64,000 nt of DNA from the human T2T-CHM13v2.0 reference genome, Homo sapiens: NCBI RefSeq assembly GCF_009914755.1, contig NC_060937.1; one strand, written 5' to 3'. A program made the translations under genes and the position numbers. Of the stretch, positions 1 through 12,600 are shown piece by piece. Positions within the stretch are counted from its first letter, which is position 1. Each line of letters begins with the position of its first letter. The notes beneath the pieces are model-generated. The model was not told the DNA's origin. It saw only the letters and a program-made list of their open reading frames with translations, and did no database searches.

Positions 1-2676
1 AATGGAATGGAATGCAGTGGAGTGGAAAGGAATGGAGCAGAATTTAATGGAATGGAATGCAATGGAATGGAAACGAATGGAATGGAATGGGGTGGAATAG
101 AGTGGTGTGGAATTTAATGGAGTGAAGTTGAATGGAATGGAATGGAAAGGATTGGAATGCAGTGGAGTGGAATGGATTGGAATAGAATGGAATAGAGTGG
201 AATGGAATCTAGTGTAATGGAATGGAAGGGAATGAAATGAAATGCAGTCGAATGTAATAGAATAGAACGGAAGTGAATGGAGTGGAGTGAAAAGTATTGA
301 ATTTTTTCAAGTGGAATGGAATGGAATGGAATGTAAAGGAATGGAATGCATTGGAAATGAATGGAAAGGAATGGAGTGGAAGTGTAGTATACTGGAGTGG
401 AGTGGAGTGAAATGGAAGAGAATAGAATGGAAAGGAACGGAATGGAACAGAATGGATTGGAATGGAATGGAATGGAATGGAATAGACTGTATTGGAATGT
501 AATGTAATGTTATGTAATGGAAAGGAATGGAATAGAGTGGAACGGAATGGAATTGAATGGAGTGGAATGTAGAGGAGTGGAGTGTAATGGAATGGAATGT
601 TGTGGAAGGGATTTTAGAGGAATGGAGTGGAGTGGAATGGAATGGAGTGGAATAGAGTGCAGTGGAATGGAATGGAGTGGAATGGAATGGAATGGAGTGG
701 AATGGAATGGAAAGAATTGGAGTGGACTTCTGTGGAATAGAATGGAATGGAGAGGAGGGGAACGGAGTGGAGTAGACTAGAATGAAATCAAATGGAATGG
801 AATGGAATGGAAAGGAAAGAAATGGAATCGAGTGGAGTGGAGAAGAAGAGAATGGAGTGGAGTAAAATGGATTGGAATGGAAAGGAACAGAATGGAATGG
901 AGTGAAGTGGAGTGGAGAGAACTGGAGAGGAATGGAGTGGAATTTAATGGAATGGAAGGGAATGGAATGGAATGGAGTGCAGTGGAATGGAATGGAATGG
1001 AATGGAATGGAATGGAGTGGATTGGAATGGAATGAAGTGTAATGGAAAGGAGTGGAATGGGATGGAATGGACTGGAGAGGAGTGGAATGGAATTGAATGC
1101 AATAAAATGGAATGGAGTGAAGTGGAGTGAAGTGGAATATAATGTAATGGAATGCAATGGAGTGCAATGGAGTGGAGTGGATTGGAACGGAATAGAGTGG
1201 AATAGAGTGGAGTGGATGGAATGGAATGGAATGGAATGGAAAGGAATGGAATGGAATGGAGTGGAATGGATTGGAATGGAATGGAATGGAGTGGAATGGA
1301 ATGGAATGGAATGGAGTGGATTGAAGTGGAATGGAAAGGAAAGGAATGGCATGGAATGGAATGGAATGGAGTGGAGTGGAGAGGTGGGGATAGGGGTGGA
1401 ATGCAATGAAATGCAATCCAATGGAATGGAATGAAATGGAATGGAATGCAATGGAATGGAAGGGAATGGAGTGGAATGAAGGAGAGTGGAATGGAATGGA
1501 GTGGAATGGAATGGAATGGATTGGAATGATGTGGAGTGGGGTGGATGGAATGGAATGGAATGGACTGGACTGGACTGGATGGAATAAAATGTAAAGGCAC
1601 GTATCAAATGGATGTAATGGAATCGAATGGAAGTGAGTGCACTGGAGTGGAGTGGAGTGTAAAGAAATGGAATGGAGTGGAATTCAAGGGAATGGAAAGG
1701 GAAGGAATGGAATGGAAAGGAAAGGAATGGAGTGGAGTGGTTTGGAATGGAATGGAGTAGAGTGGAATGGAATGCAATGGAATGGAATGGAATGAATCGG
1801 AATGGAATGGAAACGAATTCCATAATGTGGAAGGAATGGAATGGAGTGGAATGGAATCTTGTGGAATGCAACAGAAGGCAATGGAATGGAAAGGAGAGGA
1901 GTGTAGTGTAGTGGAATGGAATGAACAGGTATGGAATGTAACCTAAAGTAGTTGAATGGAATGGAGTAGAATGGAATGGGGTGGAATGAAATGGAGTGTT
2001 ATGGAATGCAATTGAGTGGAATGGGGTCGAATGGAGTGGAGTGTAATGGAATGGCATGGAATCGAGTGGATTGGAATGGATTGGGATTGAGTGGAGTGGA
2101 ATGCAAAGGAGTGGAATGGAATGGAATGGATTGGATTGGAGTTGAGTGGAATGGAATGGAATGGAGTGTAGTGGAGAGGAGTTTATAGGAGTGGAGTGGA
2201 GTGGAGTGGAAGGGAGTGGAATGGATTGGAATGGAATGGAATTGAACGGAGCGGAAGGGAGTGGAGTGTAGTAGAGTGGAATGAAATGGAATGGAATTGA
2301 ATGGAAAGGAATGGAAGGAATGGAATGGAATGAAAGGGAATCGAGTGGATTGGAGCGGAATAGAATGGAGGGGAAAGGAACGGAATGGAATGGAATGTAA
2401 TGGAACGGAGTGGAGTCTAGTGAAGAGGAATGGAGCGGAACAGAATGGAATATAGTGGAATGGAGTCGAGTGGAGTGCAGTGTAATGCAACGATATGGAA
2501 AGGAATGCAGTGGAATGGAATGGAGTGGAATGGAATGGAGTGGAATGGAATGGAGTCGAATGGAATGGAATGGAATGGAGTGGAGTGGAATGGTAATGAA
2601 TGCAATAAAATTGAGTAGAGTTGAATGGAGTGAAGTGGAGTGGAACGGAATGAAGTGGAATAGAGTGGAGTGAAAA
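1..2676 (+). repeat. Diverged mixed GGAAT/GGAGT satellite domain (left)
   Basis: GGAAT interspersed with GGAGT and many single-base variants; no CAACCCGAGT motif and no Alu fragment seen. Confidence 0.8.
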
Positions 2677-3309
2677 GGAATGGAATGGATGGAATGGAAT
2701 GGAATGGAATGGAATGGAATGGAATGAAATGGAATGGAATGGAATGGAATGGAATGAAATGGAATGGAATGGAATGAAATGGAATGGAATGGAATGAAAT
2801 GGAATGGAATGGAATGAAATGGAAGTGACCGGAGTGGAATGGAATGGAATGAAATGGAATGGAGTGGAATGGAATGGAATGGAAAGGAAAGGAATGGAAT
2901 GGAAAAGAATGGAATGAAATGGAATGGAGTGGAATAGAATGGAATGGAATGGAATGGAATGGAATGGAATGGAATGGAATCAACTGGAATGGGATGGAAT
3001 GAAATGGAATGGAAAGAAAGGGAATGGAATTTAATGAAACGGAGACTATCCGAACGGAATGGAATGGAATGGAATGCAATGGAATGGAATAAACACGAAT
3101 GGAATGGAATGGAATGGAATGGAATGGAATGGAATGGAGTGGAATGGAATGGAATGGAATGGAATGGAGTGGAATGGAATGGAATGGAATGGAACTTAAT
3201 GGAATGGATTCAACCCAAGTAGAATGGAATGGAATGAAATGGAATGGAAAGGAATGGAAAGGAATGGAGTGGAATGGAATCAACGGGAGTGGAATGGAAT
3301 GGAATGGAA

Positions 3310-3435
3310 TGGAATGGAATGGAATGGAATGGAATGGAATCAACACGAGTGGCATGGAATGGAATGGAATGGAATGGAATGGAATGGAATGGAATCAACA
3401 CGAGTGGCATGGAATGGAATGGAATGGAATGGAAT
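3310..3435 (+). repeat. 55-bp tandem duplication
   Basis: CAACACGAGTGGCATGGAAT at 3341 and again at 3396. Confidence 0.75.
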
Positions 3436-4439
3436 GGAATAGAATGGAATGGAATGGAATAAACATTAAGGGGATGGAATGGAATGGAATGGAATGGGAT
3501 GGAATGGAATGGAATGGAATGGAATAGTACGGAATAGAATCAATTGGAATGGAATGGAAGGGAATGGAATGAAATGGAGTGGAATGGAATCAACCCAAAT
3601 AGAATTGAATGGAATGGAATAGAATGGAATGGAGTGGAAAGGAATTGAGTGGAATGGAATCAACCAGTTGGAATGGATTGCAATGGAATGGAATGGAATG
3701 GAACGGCGTTGAATGGAACGGAATGGAATAGAATGCAATGGAATGGCATGGAATCAACCCGAGTGGAATGGAATGGAAAGGAATGCAATGGAATGGAATG
3801 GAATGGAATGGAACGGAACGGAATGGAACGGAACGGAATGGAATGGAATGGAATCAAACCAAATGGAATGGAATGGAATCAACCCCAGTGGAATGGAATT
3901 GAAAGAAATGGAATGGAATGGAATGGAATGGAATGGAATGGAATGGAGTCAACTGGAATGGAATAGAATGGAATGGAATGGAATGGAATGGAATGGAATG
4001 GAATGGAATGGAATGGAAAAAACCCGAGTGGAATGGAATGGAATGGAATGGAATGAACTAGAAAGGAATGGAGTGGGATGAAATGGAATGGAATGGAAGG
4101 GAATATAATGGAATGGAATGGAATGGAATCAACCCGAGTACAATGGAATGGAATGGAAAGGAATGGAAAGGAATCGAGTGGAATCAACCCGAGTGGAATG
4201 GAATGGAGTGGAATTAATTGGAATGGAATGGAATGGAATGGAATAGAATAGAAAGGAATCAACTAGAATGGAATGGAATGGAATGCAATGCAATGGAATA
4301 GAACGGAATAGACTGGAATGGAATGGAATGGAATGGAATGGAATAGAATGCAATAGAATGGAATGGACTCAACTCGAGTGGAATGGAATGAAATGTAATG
4401 GAATGGAATGCAATAGAATAGAATGCAATGGAATGGAAT

Positions 4440-6420
4440 CAAGTAGCCTCGAATGCAACAGAATGCAATGCAATCAACTCAAGTGGAATGGAATGGAAAG
4501 GAGTGGAATACAATGGAATGGAATGCAATAGAATGGAATTGAATGGAATGGAATAATGTGGCCTCAAGTGCAATAGAATTAAATGGAATCAACTTGAAGG
4601 AATGGAATGGAATGGAAAGGAATAAACTGGAATGGAATGGAATGGAATGGAATGGAATGGAATGGAATGGAATGGAATGGAATCAACACGAGCCGAATGG
4701 AAGATTGGAATGGAATTTAATGGAATGGAATAGAGTCAACCGAAGTGGAATGGAATGGAATGGAATGAAATGGAATCAATCGGAGTGGAAAAGAATGTAA
4801 CGGAATGGAAATGAATGGAATGGAATGGAATCATCCAGAGTGGAATGGAATGGAATGGAATGGAATGGAATGGAATGGAATGGAATCAACACGAGCCGAA
4901 TGGAAGATTGGAATGGAATTTAATGGAATGGAATAGAGTCAACCGAAGTGGAATGGAATGGAATGGAATGAAATGGAATCAATCGGAGTGGAAAAGAATG
5001 TAACGGAATGGAAAGGAATGGAATGGAATGGAATCATCCAGAGTGGAATGGAATGGAATGGAATGGAATGGAATGGAATGGAATGGAATGCAATGGAATG
5101 GAATAGAATGGAATGGAATGAAATTAAATGGAGTCATCCCGAGTGGAATGGAATGGAAAGGAATTGAATGGAATGGAATGGAATGGAATCAACCCGAGTG
5201 GAATGGAATGGAATGCAATGGAATGGAATGGAATGGAATGGCATCAACCTGAATGGAATGGAATAGAATGGAATGGAATTCAATGGAATGGAATGCTATC
5301 AACCCGAGTGACATGGAATGGAATGGAATGGAATGGAATGGAATGGAATCAAATGTAATGGAATGGAATGGAATCAACCCGAGTGGAATGGAATGGATTG
5401 GAATGGAATGGAAAGGAAAGGAAAGGAATGGAATGGAATGGAATGGAATGGAATCAAAATGAGTAGAATGGAATGGAATGGAATTATATGGAATGGAATG
5501 GAATGGGATGTTATGGAATGGAATGGAATGGAATCAACCCGGGTGGAATGGAATGGAATGGAATGGAATCAACCAGAAGGGATTGGAATGGAATGTAATG
5601 CAATGGAATGGAATGGAATGGAATCAACCCGAGTGTATTGGAATGGAATGCAATGGAGTGGAAGGGAATGGAATGGAATGGAATGCAATGCAATAGAATG
5701 GAATGGAAAGGAATGGAATGAAATAGCCTCGAATGCAACAGAATGGAATGTAATCAACTCGAGTGGAATGGAATGGAAAGGAGCGGAATGCAATGGAATG
5801 GAATGCAATAGAATGGAATTGAATGGAATGGAATGAAGTGGCCTCGAATGCAATAGAATGAAATGGAATCAACTCGAATGGAATGGAATGGAATGGAATG
5901 GAATGGAATGGAATGGAATGGAAAGGAATCAACTGGAATGGAATGGAATGGAATGGAATCAACGCAAGTGGAATGGAATGGAATGGAATGGAATGGAATG
6001 GAATGGAATGGAATGGAATGGAATGGAATGGAATGGAATGCAATGGACTCAAGCGGAGTGGAAAAGAATGTAACGGAATGGAAAGGAATGGAACATCCAG
6101 AGTGGAATGGAATGGAATGAAATGGAATGGAATGGAATGGAATGGAATGGAATTTAATGGAGTCTTCCCGAGTGGAATGGAATGGAATGGAATGGAATGG
6201 AATCACCCCGAGAGGAATGGAATGGAATGCAATGCAATGGAATGGAATGGAATGTCATCAACCCGAATGGAATGGAATAGAATGGAATGGAATTGAATGG
6301 AATGGAATGCTATCAACCCGAGTGGCATGGAATGGAATGGAAAGGAATGGAATCAAATGGAATGGAATGGAATGGAATGGAATGGAATGGAATGGAATGG
6401 AATGGAATGGAATCAACCCG
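4440..6420 (+). repeat. Older ~1.0-1.3 kb duplication within the canonical HSat3 island
   Basis: GCCTCGAATGCAACAGAATG at 4446 and 5726; GCCTC..TGCAATAGAAT at ~4561 and ~5841 (offset ~1280). GAGTC(A/T)TCCCGAG at 5131 and 6160; TGCTATCAACCCGAG at 5294 and 6308 (offset ~1015-1030, after the 203-bp duplication). Confidence 0.8.
4630..5080 (+). repeat. Near-perfect 203-bp tandem duplication
   Basis: CAACACGAGCCGAATGGAAGATTGG...GTCAACCGAAG...CAATCGGAGTGGAAAAGAATGTAACGG...CATCCAGAG starts at 4684 and again at 4887. The ORF track shows the same peptide twice (4543..4800 and 4815..5003). Confidence 0.93.
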
Positions 6421-7164
6421 AGTGGAATGCAATGGAAAGGAATGGAATGGAATGGAATGGAATGGAATGGAATGGAATGGAATCAACCCGAGTGAATGGA
6501 ATGGAATGGAATGGAAAGGAATGGAATCAACCCGAGTGGAATGGAGTGGAATGGAATGGAATGGAATGGAATCAACCCAAGTGGAATGGAATGGAATGGA
6601 ATGGAATGGAATGGAATGGAATGGAATCAACCCGAGGGGAATGGAATGGAATGCAATGGAATGGAATGGTATGGAATGGAATGGAAAGGAATGGAATCAA
6701 CCTGAGTGGAATGGAATGGAATGGAATGGAATGGAATGGAATGGAATGGAATGGAATGGAATCAACCCCAGTGTAGTGGAATGAAAGGAATGGAATGGAA
6801 TGGAATGGAATGGAATAGAATCAACTAGAATGGAATAGAATGGAATGGAATGGAATGGAATGGAATGGAATGGAATGGAATCAACCCGAGTGGAATGCAA
6901 TGGAAAGGAATGGAATGAAATGGAATGGAAGGGAATATAATGGAATGGAATGGAATGGAATCAACCCGAGTGCAATGGAATGGAATGGAATGGAATGGAA
7001 TGGAATGGAATGGAATGGAATGGAATGCATTGGAATGGCATGGAATGGAATGGAATCGAATGGAATCAATTCGAGTGGAATGGAATGGAATGGAATGGAA
7101 TAGATTGGAATGGAATGGAATGGAATGGAATGGAGTGGAATGGAGTGGGATGGATTAGAGTGGA

Positions 7165-9600
7165 GTGGAGTGGAGTGTTATGGAGAGGAGTGGACTGTAG
7201 TGGAATGGAATTGAATGGACCAGAGTGGAATAGTGTGGAATCGAGTTGGGTGGAATGGATTGGAATGGATTAAAGTGGAATGGAGTGGAGTGGAGTGGAC
7301 TGGGGTGGAATGGAATGGAGTGGAGTGGAGTGCAACTGAGTGTAGTGGAGTGGAACGGTATGGAGAGGAGAGGAATGGAATGGAATGGAATGGAAAGGAG
7401 TCAACTGGAATGGGATTGAGTGAAATGGAATGGAACAGATGGGAATGTAATGGAATGGCGTAGAGTGGAATGGAATGGAGTGAAGTGGAATGGATTCGAT
7501 TGGAAAAGAAAGGATTGGATTGGTGTTGAGTGGAATGGAGTGGAGTGGAATGGAGTAGGCTGGAGTGGATTGAAGTGGAGTGGAGTGGAATGTACTCGAA
7601 TGGAATGGAATGGAGTGGAGTGGAGTGGAGTGCAATGGAATAGAATGGATTGAAGTGGAATGTAATGGAATGGAATGGAATGGAGTGGAATGCAATGGAT
7701 TGGAAAGCGGAATGGAATGGAATGTAACAGAGTGGAATGGAATGGAATGGAGTGGAGTGGAAGGAATGGAAAGAAGAGGAATGGATTTGAGATGAATAAA
7801 GTGGAATGGAATGCAGTGGAGCGGAATAAAATGGAAAGGAGTGGAACGGAATGGAATGGAGTGTAATGGAATGGAGTGGAGTGGAGTGGACTGGAGTGGA
7901 GTGCAGTGGAATGGAGTGGAATAGAATGGTGTAGAATGCAGTGGAATGGATTGGAGAGTGTAGAATGGAATGGAGTGTAGTGGAATTGAATAGAGCGGAG
8001 TGGAACCGAGTGGAGTGGAGTGGATTGGAGAGAGTTGTATTGAATGGAATGGAGTGGAAAGGAGTGGAGTACAATGGAATGGAGTGGAATGGAATGGAAC
8101 GGAGTGGGATGGAATGTAATGAATTGGAGTTGAGTGGAATTGAGTGTATTTGAATGGAGTTGTGTGTAATGGAATGGAATGGAGTGGAGTTGAATGAAAA
8201 GTAGAGGAATGGAATGGAAAGAAGGGAGTGCAGTGGAGCGGAGTGGAATGGAATGGACTGGAGTGGAGTGGAATGGAGAGCAGTGGAGTGGAATGGAGTG
8301 GAGTTGAATTGAGTGGAGTGCAATGGAGTGGAGTGGAGTGGAATGGAGTGGAGTGGAGGGGAATGAACTAGAGTGGAATGGAATGGAGTGGATTGGTATG
8401 GACTGGAGTGAAATGGAAAGGATTGGAGTGGAATGGAATGGAATGGAGTGGAGTGGAGTGGAGTGTGGTTGAATGGATTTGAGTGGAGTGGAGTGGTGTG
8501 GAATGGAATGGGGTGAAATGGATTTGAACGGAGTTCAATGGAGTCAAATGGAGCGGAGTGGAGCGGAATGGAATGCAGTGGAGTGAGGTAGAGTGGATTG
8601 GAGTGGAGTGTTATGGAGAGGAGGGGAGTGTAGTGGAATCGAATGGACTGGAAGGGAATGGCGTAGAATTGAATTGAGTGGAGAGGATTGGAATGGATTT
8701 GGGTGGAATGGACTGAAGTGGAATGGAATGGAGTGGAATGGAATGGAGTGGAGTGGAGTGGAGTGCAACTGATTGGAGTGGAGTGGAGTAGAATGGAATG
8801 TAGAGGAGTGGAATGGAATGGAATGGAATGGAAAGTAGTGAACTGGCATGGCATGGACTGAAGAATGGAATAGGATGGGATGTAATGGAATGGAGTGGAG
8901 AGGAATGCAAAGGAGTGAACTGGAATGGAATGGACTGAAGTGGAATGGAATAGGATGGGATGTAACGGAATGAAGTAGAGAGGAATAGAATGGAGTGAAG
9001 TGGAATGGATTCAAATAGACTAGAAAGAAGTGGGATGGAGTTGAGTGGAATGGAATGGAGTGGAATGGAGTTGGGTGGAGTGGAATGAAGTGGAGTGGAG
9101 TGGAATGTACTGGAATGGAATGGAGAATAGTGGAGTGGAATGGAGTGGAATTTAGTGGAGTTGAGTGGAACGTACTGGAATGGATTGCAGTGGAATGGAG
9201 AGGAATGGAATGGAACGTAGTGGAATGGAATGGAGTGGAGTGGAATGGAATGGATTGGATAGGAAAGGAATGGATGGAATGGAGTGCAATGGAATGGAAT
9301 GGAGTGGAGTGGAAAGGAATGGAATTGAGGGGAATGGAATGCAGTGTAATAAAGTGCAATGGAATGCAGTGGAGTGGAATAAAATGGAGTGGAGTGGAAC
9401 GGAATGGAATGGAGTGTAATGAAATGGAGTGGAGTGGAGTGCAGTGGAATGGAGTGGAATGGAATAGAATGGTGTGGAATGAAGTGGAATGGAGTGGAAT
9501 GGAGTGGAGAATGTGGAATGCAATGGAGTGGAGTGGAATTGTGTGGAATGGAATGGAGTGGAGTAGAATGCAATGTATTGGAAAGGAATGAAATAGACTG
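7165..9600 (+). repeat. Diverged ~1.43-1.55 kb tandem duplication
   Basis: GAGTGTTATGGAGAGGAG at ~7173 and ~8608; GAGTGCAACTGA at ~7328 and ~8761; GAATGTACT at ~7588 and ~9103; GGAATAAAATGG..GGAACGG at ~7823 and ~9376. Confidence 0.6.
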
Positions 9601-12600
9601 GAGTGGAATATTATGGATTGGAGTGGAGTAGAGTGGAGTGGAGTGGAGTTTAATGGAATGCAGTGGTGTGGAGTGGAGTGGAATGGAATGGAGTGGAGTG
9701 GACTACAGTGTAGTGGAGTGAAATGGACTGGAATGGAATGGAGTGGAGTAGAGAGAAGAGGATTGGAATGGATAGGAGTGGAATAGACTGGAATGGAATG
9801 GTGCAGAGTGAAATGGAGCTTACCAGAGTGGAAAGGAGTGGAAAGGAATGGAGTGTCATAAAATGGAACATGGTGGAGTTGAACTGAGTGGAGTGGAGAG
9901 GAATGAAGTGGAGAGGAATGAAGTGGAGTGGAATGGAGTGGAATGGAGTAGAATGAATCGGAGTGGAGAGGAATAGAGAGGAATGGTATGGAGAAGAGTG
10001 GAATGGAATGGAATGGAGTGGAATTGAATGGAGTGGAGTGGAGTGGAGTGGAATGCAGTGGAGTTGTGAGGAGTGGAAAAGAGTCGAGTGGCAGGGAATT
10101 GAAGGGAATGGAATGGAATTAAATAGAATGGAATGGAATAGTGTGGAATGGAGTGGAGTGGAATGGAGTGGAGTGCATTGGAATGGAGTGGAGGGGAGTG
10201 GAATGGAATGTAGTGGATTGGAGTGGCATTGAATGGAATGTAATGGATTGGAGTGGAATGGAGTGGAGTGCAGTGGAATGGACTAAAATGGAATGGAGTG
10301 GAGTATAGTAGAGTAGAGTACAGTGGAGTGGGGTAGAATGGAGTGGATTATGGTAGAGTAAAGTGGAATGGAGTGGAGCAGAATGGAATGGAGTGGATTG
10401 GAATAGAGTGGAGTGTAGTGGAATTGCGTGGAATGGAATGCAGTGGAGTGGCATAAAGTGGAATTGTTTGGAATGGAATACAATTGACTGGAATGGAATG
10501 GAGTGGAATTGAGTGGAGTGGAATGGAGTTGAGTGGAATGGATTGGAGTGGAGTGGAATGTAGTGGAGTGGAGTGGAGTGAAGTGGAGAGGAGGGGAATG
10601 GAGTGGAGTAAATTGGAGGAGTGTGGAATGTAGTGGAATGGAATGCTCTGGAGTGGAGTGTAGTGTATTGGAATGGAATGGAGTGGAGTTGCATGGAGTG
10701 GAGTGGAGTGGAATGGACTGGAATGGAGTGGAATTGAGTGGAGTGGAATGGAGTGCAGTGGAGTGGAGTGGAATGGAATGGAGTCTAGTGGAATGGAGTG
10801 GAATGGAGAGGAATGGAGTGGAATTTAATGGAGTGGAATGGAATGTAGTGGAGAGGAATGGAGTGGAGTGGAGTGGTGTGGAGTAGAGTGGAGTGGAATG
10901 AAGTGGAATGGAGGGGAATGGAGAGGAACGAAGTGTAGTGGAGTGGAATGGAATTAAGTGGAGCAGAATGGAATGGAGTGCAATGCTATGGAATGGAGTG
11001 GAGTAGAATGAAGTGGACTGGAGTGGAGTGTAGGGGAGTAATACAGAAAGGAATGGAGTGGAGTGGAGTAGAGTGGAGTGGAGTGGAGTAGAGTGGAGTG
11101 GAGTGTCATGGAGTGGGGTGGAATGGAGTGGATTGGAATGGAATGGATTGGAATTAAATGGATTGGAGTGGAATTGAATGGAGGGGAATGGAATGGTGAC
11201 AAATGGATTAGAAAGTATTTCAGTCGTGTGGAAAAAATGGAGTGGAAGGGAAAGGAAAGGAATTCAATGGAATGCACTGAAGTGGAGTGACATGGAGTGG
11301 ACTGCAGTGGAATGAGGTAGAATGGAATGCAGTGGAGTGGAATGGAATGGAATGGAAAGGAAAGGAAAGTAATGGAATGGAGTTGTGTGTAATGGAATGG
11401 AGTGCAGTGTAATTGAGTGGACTGCAGTGAAGTGGAGTGGAATGGAGTTGAATGGAGGGGAATGAAGTGGAGTGGAGTGGAGGGGAAGGAAGTGGAGTGG
11501 ACTAGAATGGAGTGGAATGGAGTGGAATGGAATGCAGTGGACAGGAATGGAATGGAGTGGAGTGCAGTGGATTAGAGTTGAGTGGAGTCGAGTGCAGTGG
11601 ATTAGAATGGAAAAGATTGCAATGGAGAGGAGAGGAATGGAATGGAGAGGGGTGGAATGGATTGCAATGGAGTGGAATGGAATGCAATGGAGTTTAGTTG
11701 AGTAGAGTGGAGTGGAAAGGAGTGGGGTGGAATGGAGTTGAGTGGATTGGAGAGGAATGGAATCGAGTGGAGTCAAATTGAAAAGAGTGGAGTGGAATTG
11801 AGTGGAATGGATTGCAGCGGAGTGGAATTGTGTAGAATGGAATGAAGTGGAATGGAGTGGAGTGGAGTCAAGTGGAGTGGAGTGGAATGGAGTGGAGTGG
11901 AATGGAGTGGAGTGGGGTGGAATGGGGTGAAATGGAATGGAATTAAGTGTAAAGGAATTCAGTAGAGGAGAATGGAATGGAGTGCAGAGGAATGTAATGA
12001 AATTCATAGGAGTGGAATGGAATGGAATGGAATAGAATGGGATGGAATGCAGTGGAGTTGAGTGGAATGGATTGGAGAGGAATGGAATGTAGTAGAATGG
12101 AAAGCAGTGGAATGGAATGGCGTGGAATGGAATGGAAAGCTCTGAATTGGTGTTGAATGGAATGGAGTGGATGGAGTGGAAAGGAGTGAAGTGGAATGGG
12201 GTGGAATGGAATGAAGTGGAGTGGAATGGAATGGAATGCAATGGAGTGTTGTGGAATGGAGTGGATTGGAGTAGAATTAAGTGGACTGGAGTGGTGTGCA
12301 GTGGAATCAAGTGGTGGGGAGTGGAATGAAGCGGAGTTTAGTGGAATGGAGTGGAAAGGAATGGAGTGGAGTGGAAAGGAATAGATTGGATTGGAGTAAA
12401 GTGCAATGGAGTGGAGTGGAGTGGAGTGCAATGCAATGCAGTGGAGTGGAGAGGTGAGGAATGGAATGGAGTTGAAAGGAATGGAGTAGAGTGGAGTGGA
12501 AAGGACTGGAATGGAATGGAGTGGAGTGGAGTAGAGTGGAGTGTAGAGGAGAGGGGTCGAATGGAGTGGGGTGGAGTGGAATGGAATGGAATGGAGTGGA

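Larger units (their letters stand above)
2677..7130 (+). repeat. Canonical HSat3 island: long pure (GGAAT)n runs punctuated by the ATCAACCCGAGT motif
   Basis: Dozens of CAACCCGAGT-like motifs (e.g. ~3211, 3341, 3396, 3755, 4130, 4186, 5190, 5300, 5375, 6414, 6484, 6882, 6962). GGAGT is rare here. CAACCCGA(G/A)T is the classical satellite III interspersed motif. Confidence 0.92.

Noticed and set aside
1585-1955. Short unique-looking patches (GTAAAGGCACGTATCAAATGG, AACGAATTCCATAATG, GTAACCTAAAG; similar patches near 11195, 13191, 30621, 39471)
   Set aside because: They are under ~40 bp, largely stay in pentamer register and are explainable as clustered substitutions; no recognisable element.
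2677-7130. Canonical heat-shock elements
   Set aside because: The nGAAn units here are direct repeats; the alternating inverted nGAAnnTTCnnGAAn arrangement was not convincingly seen.
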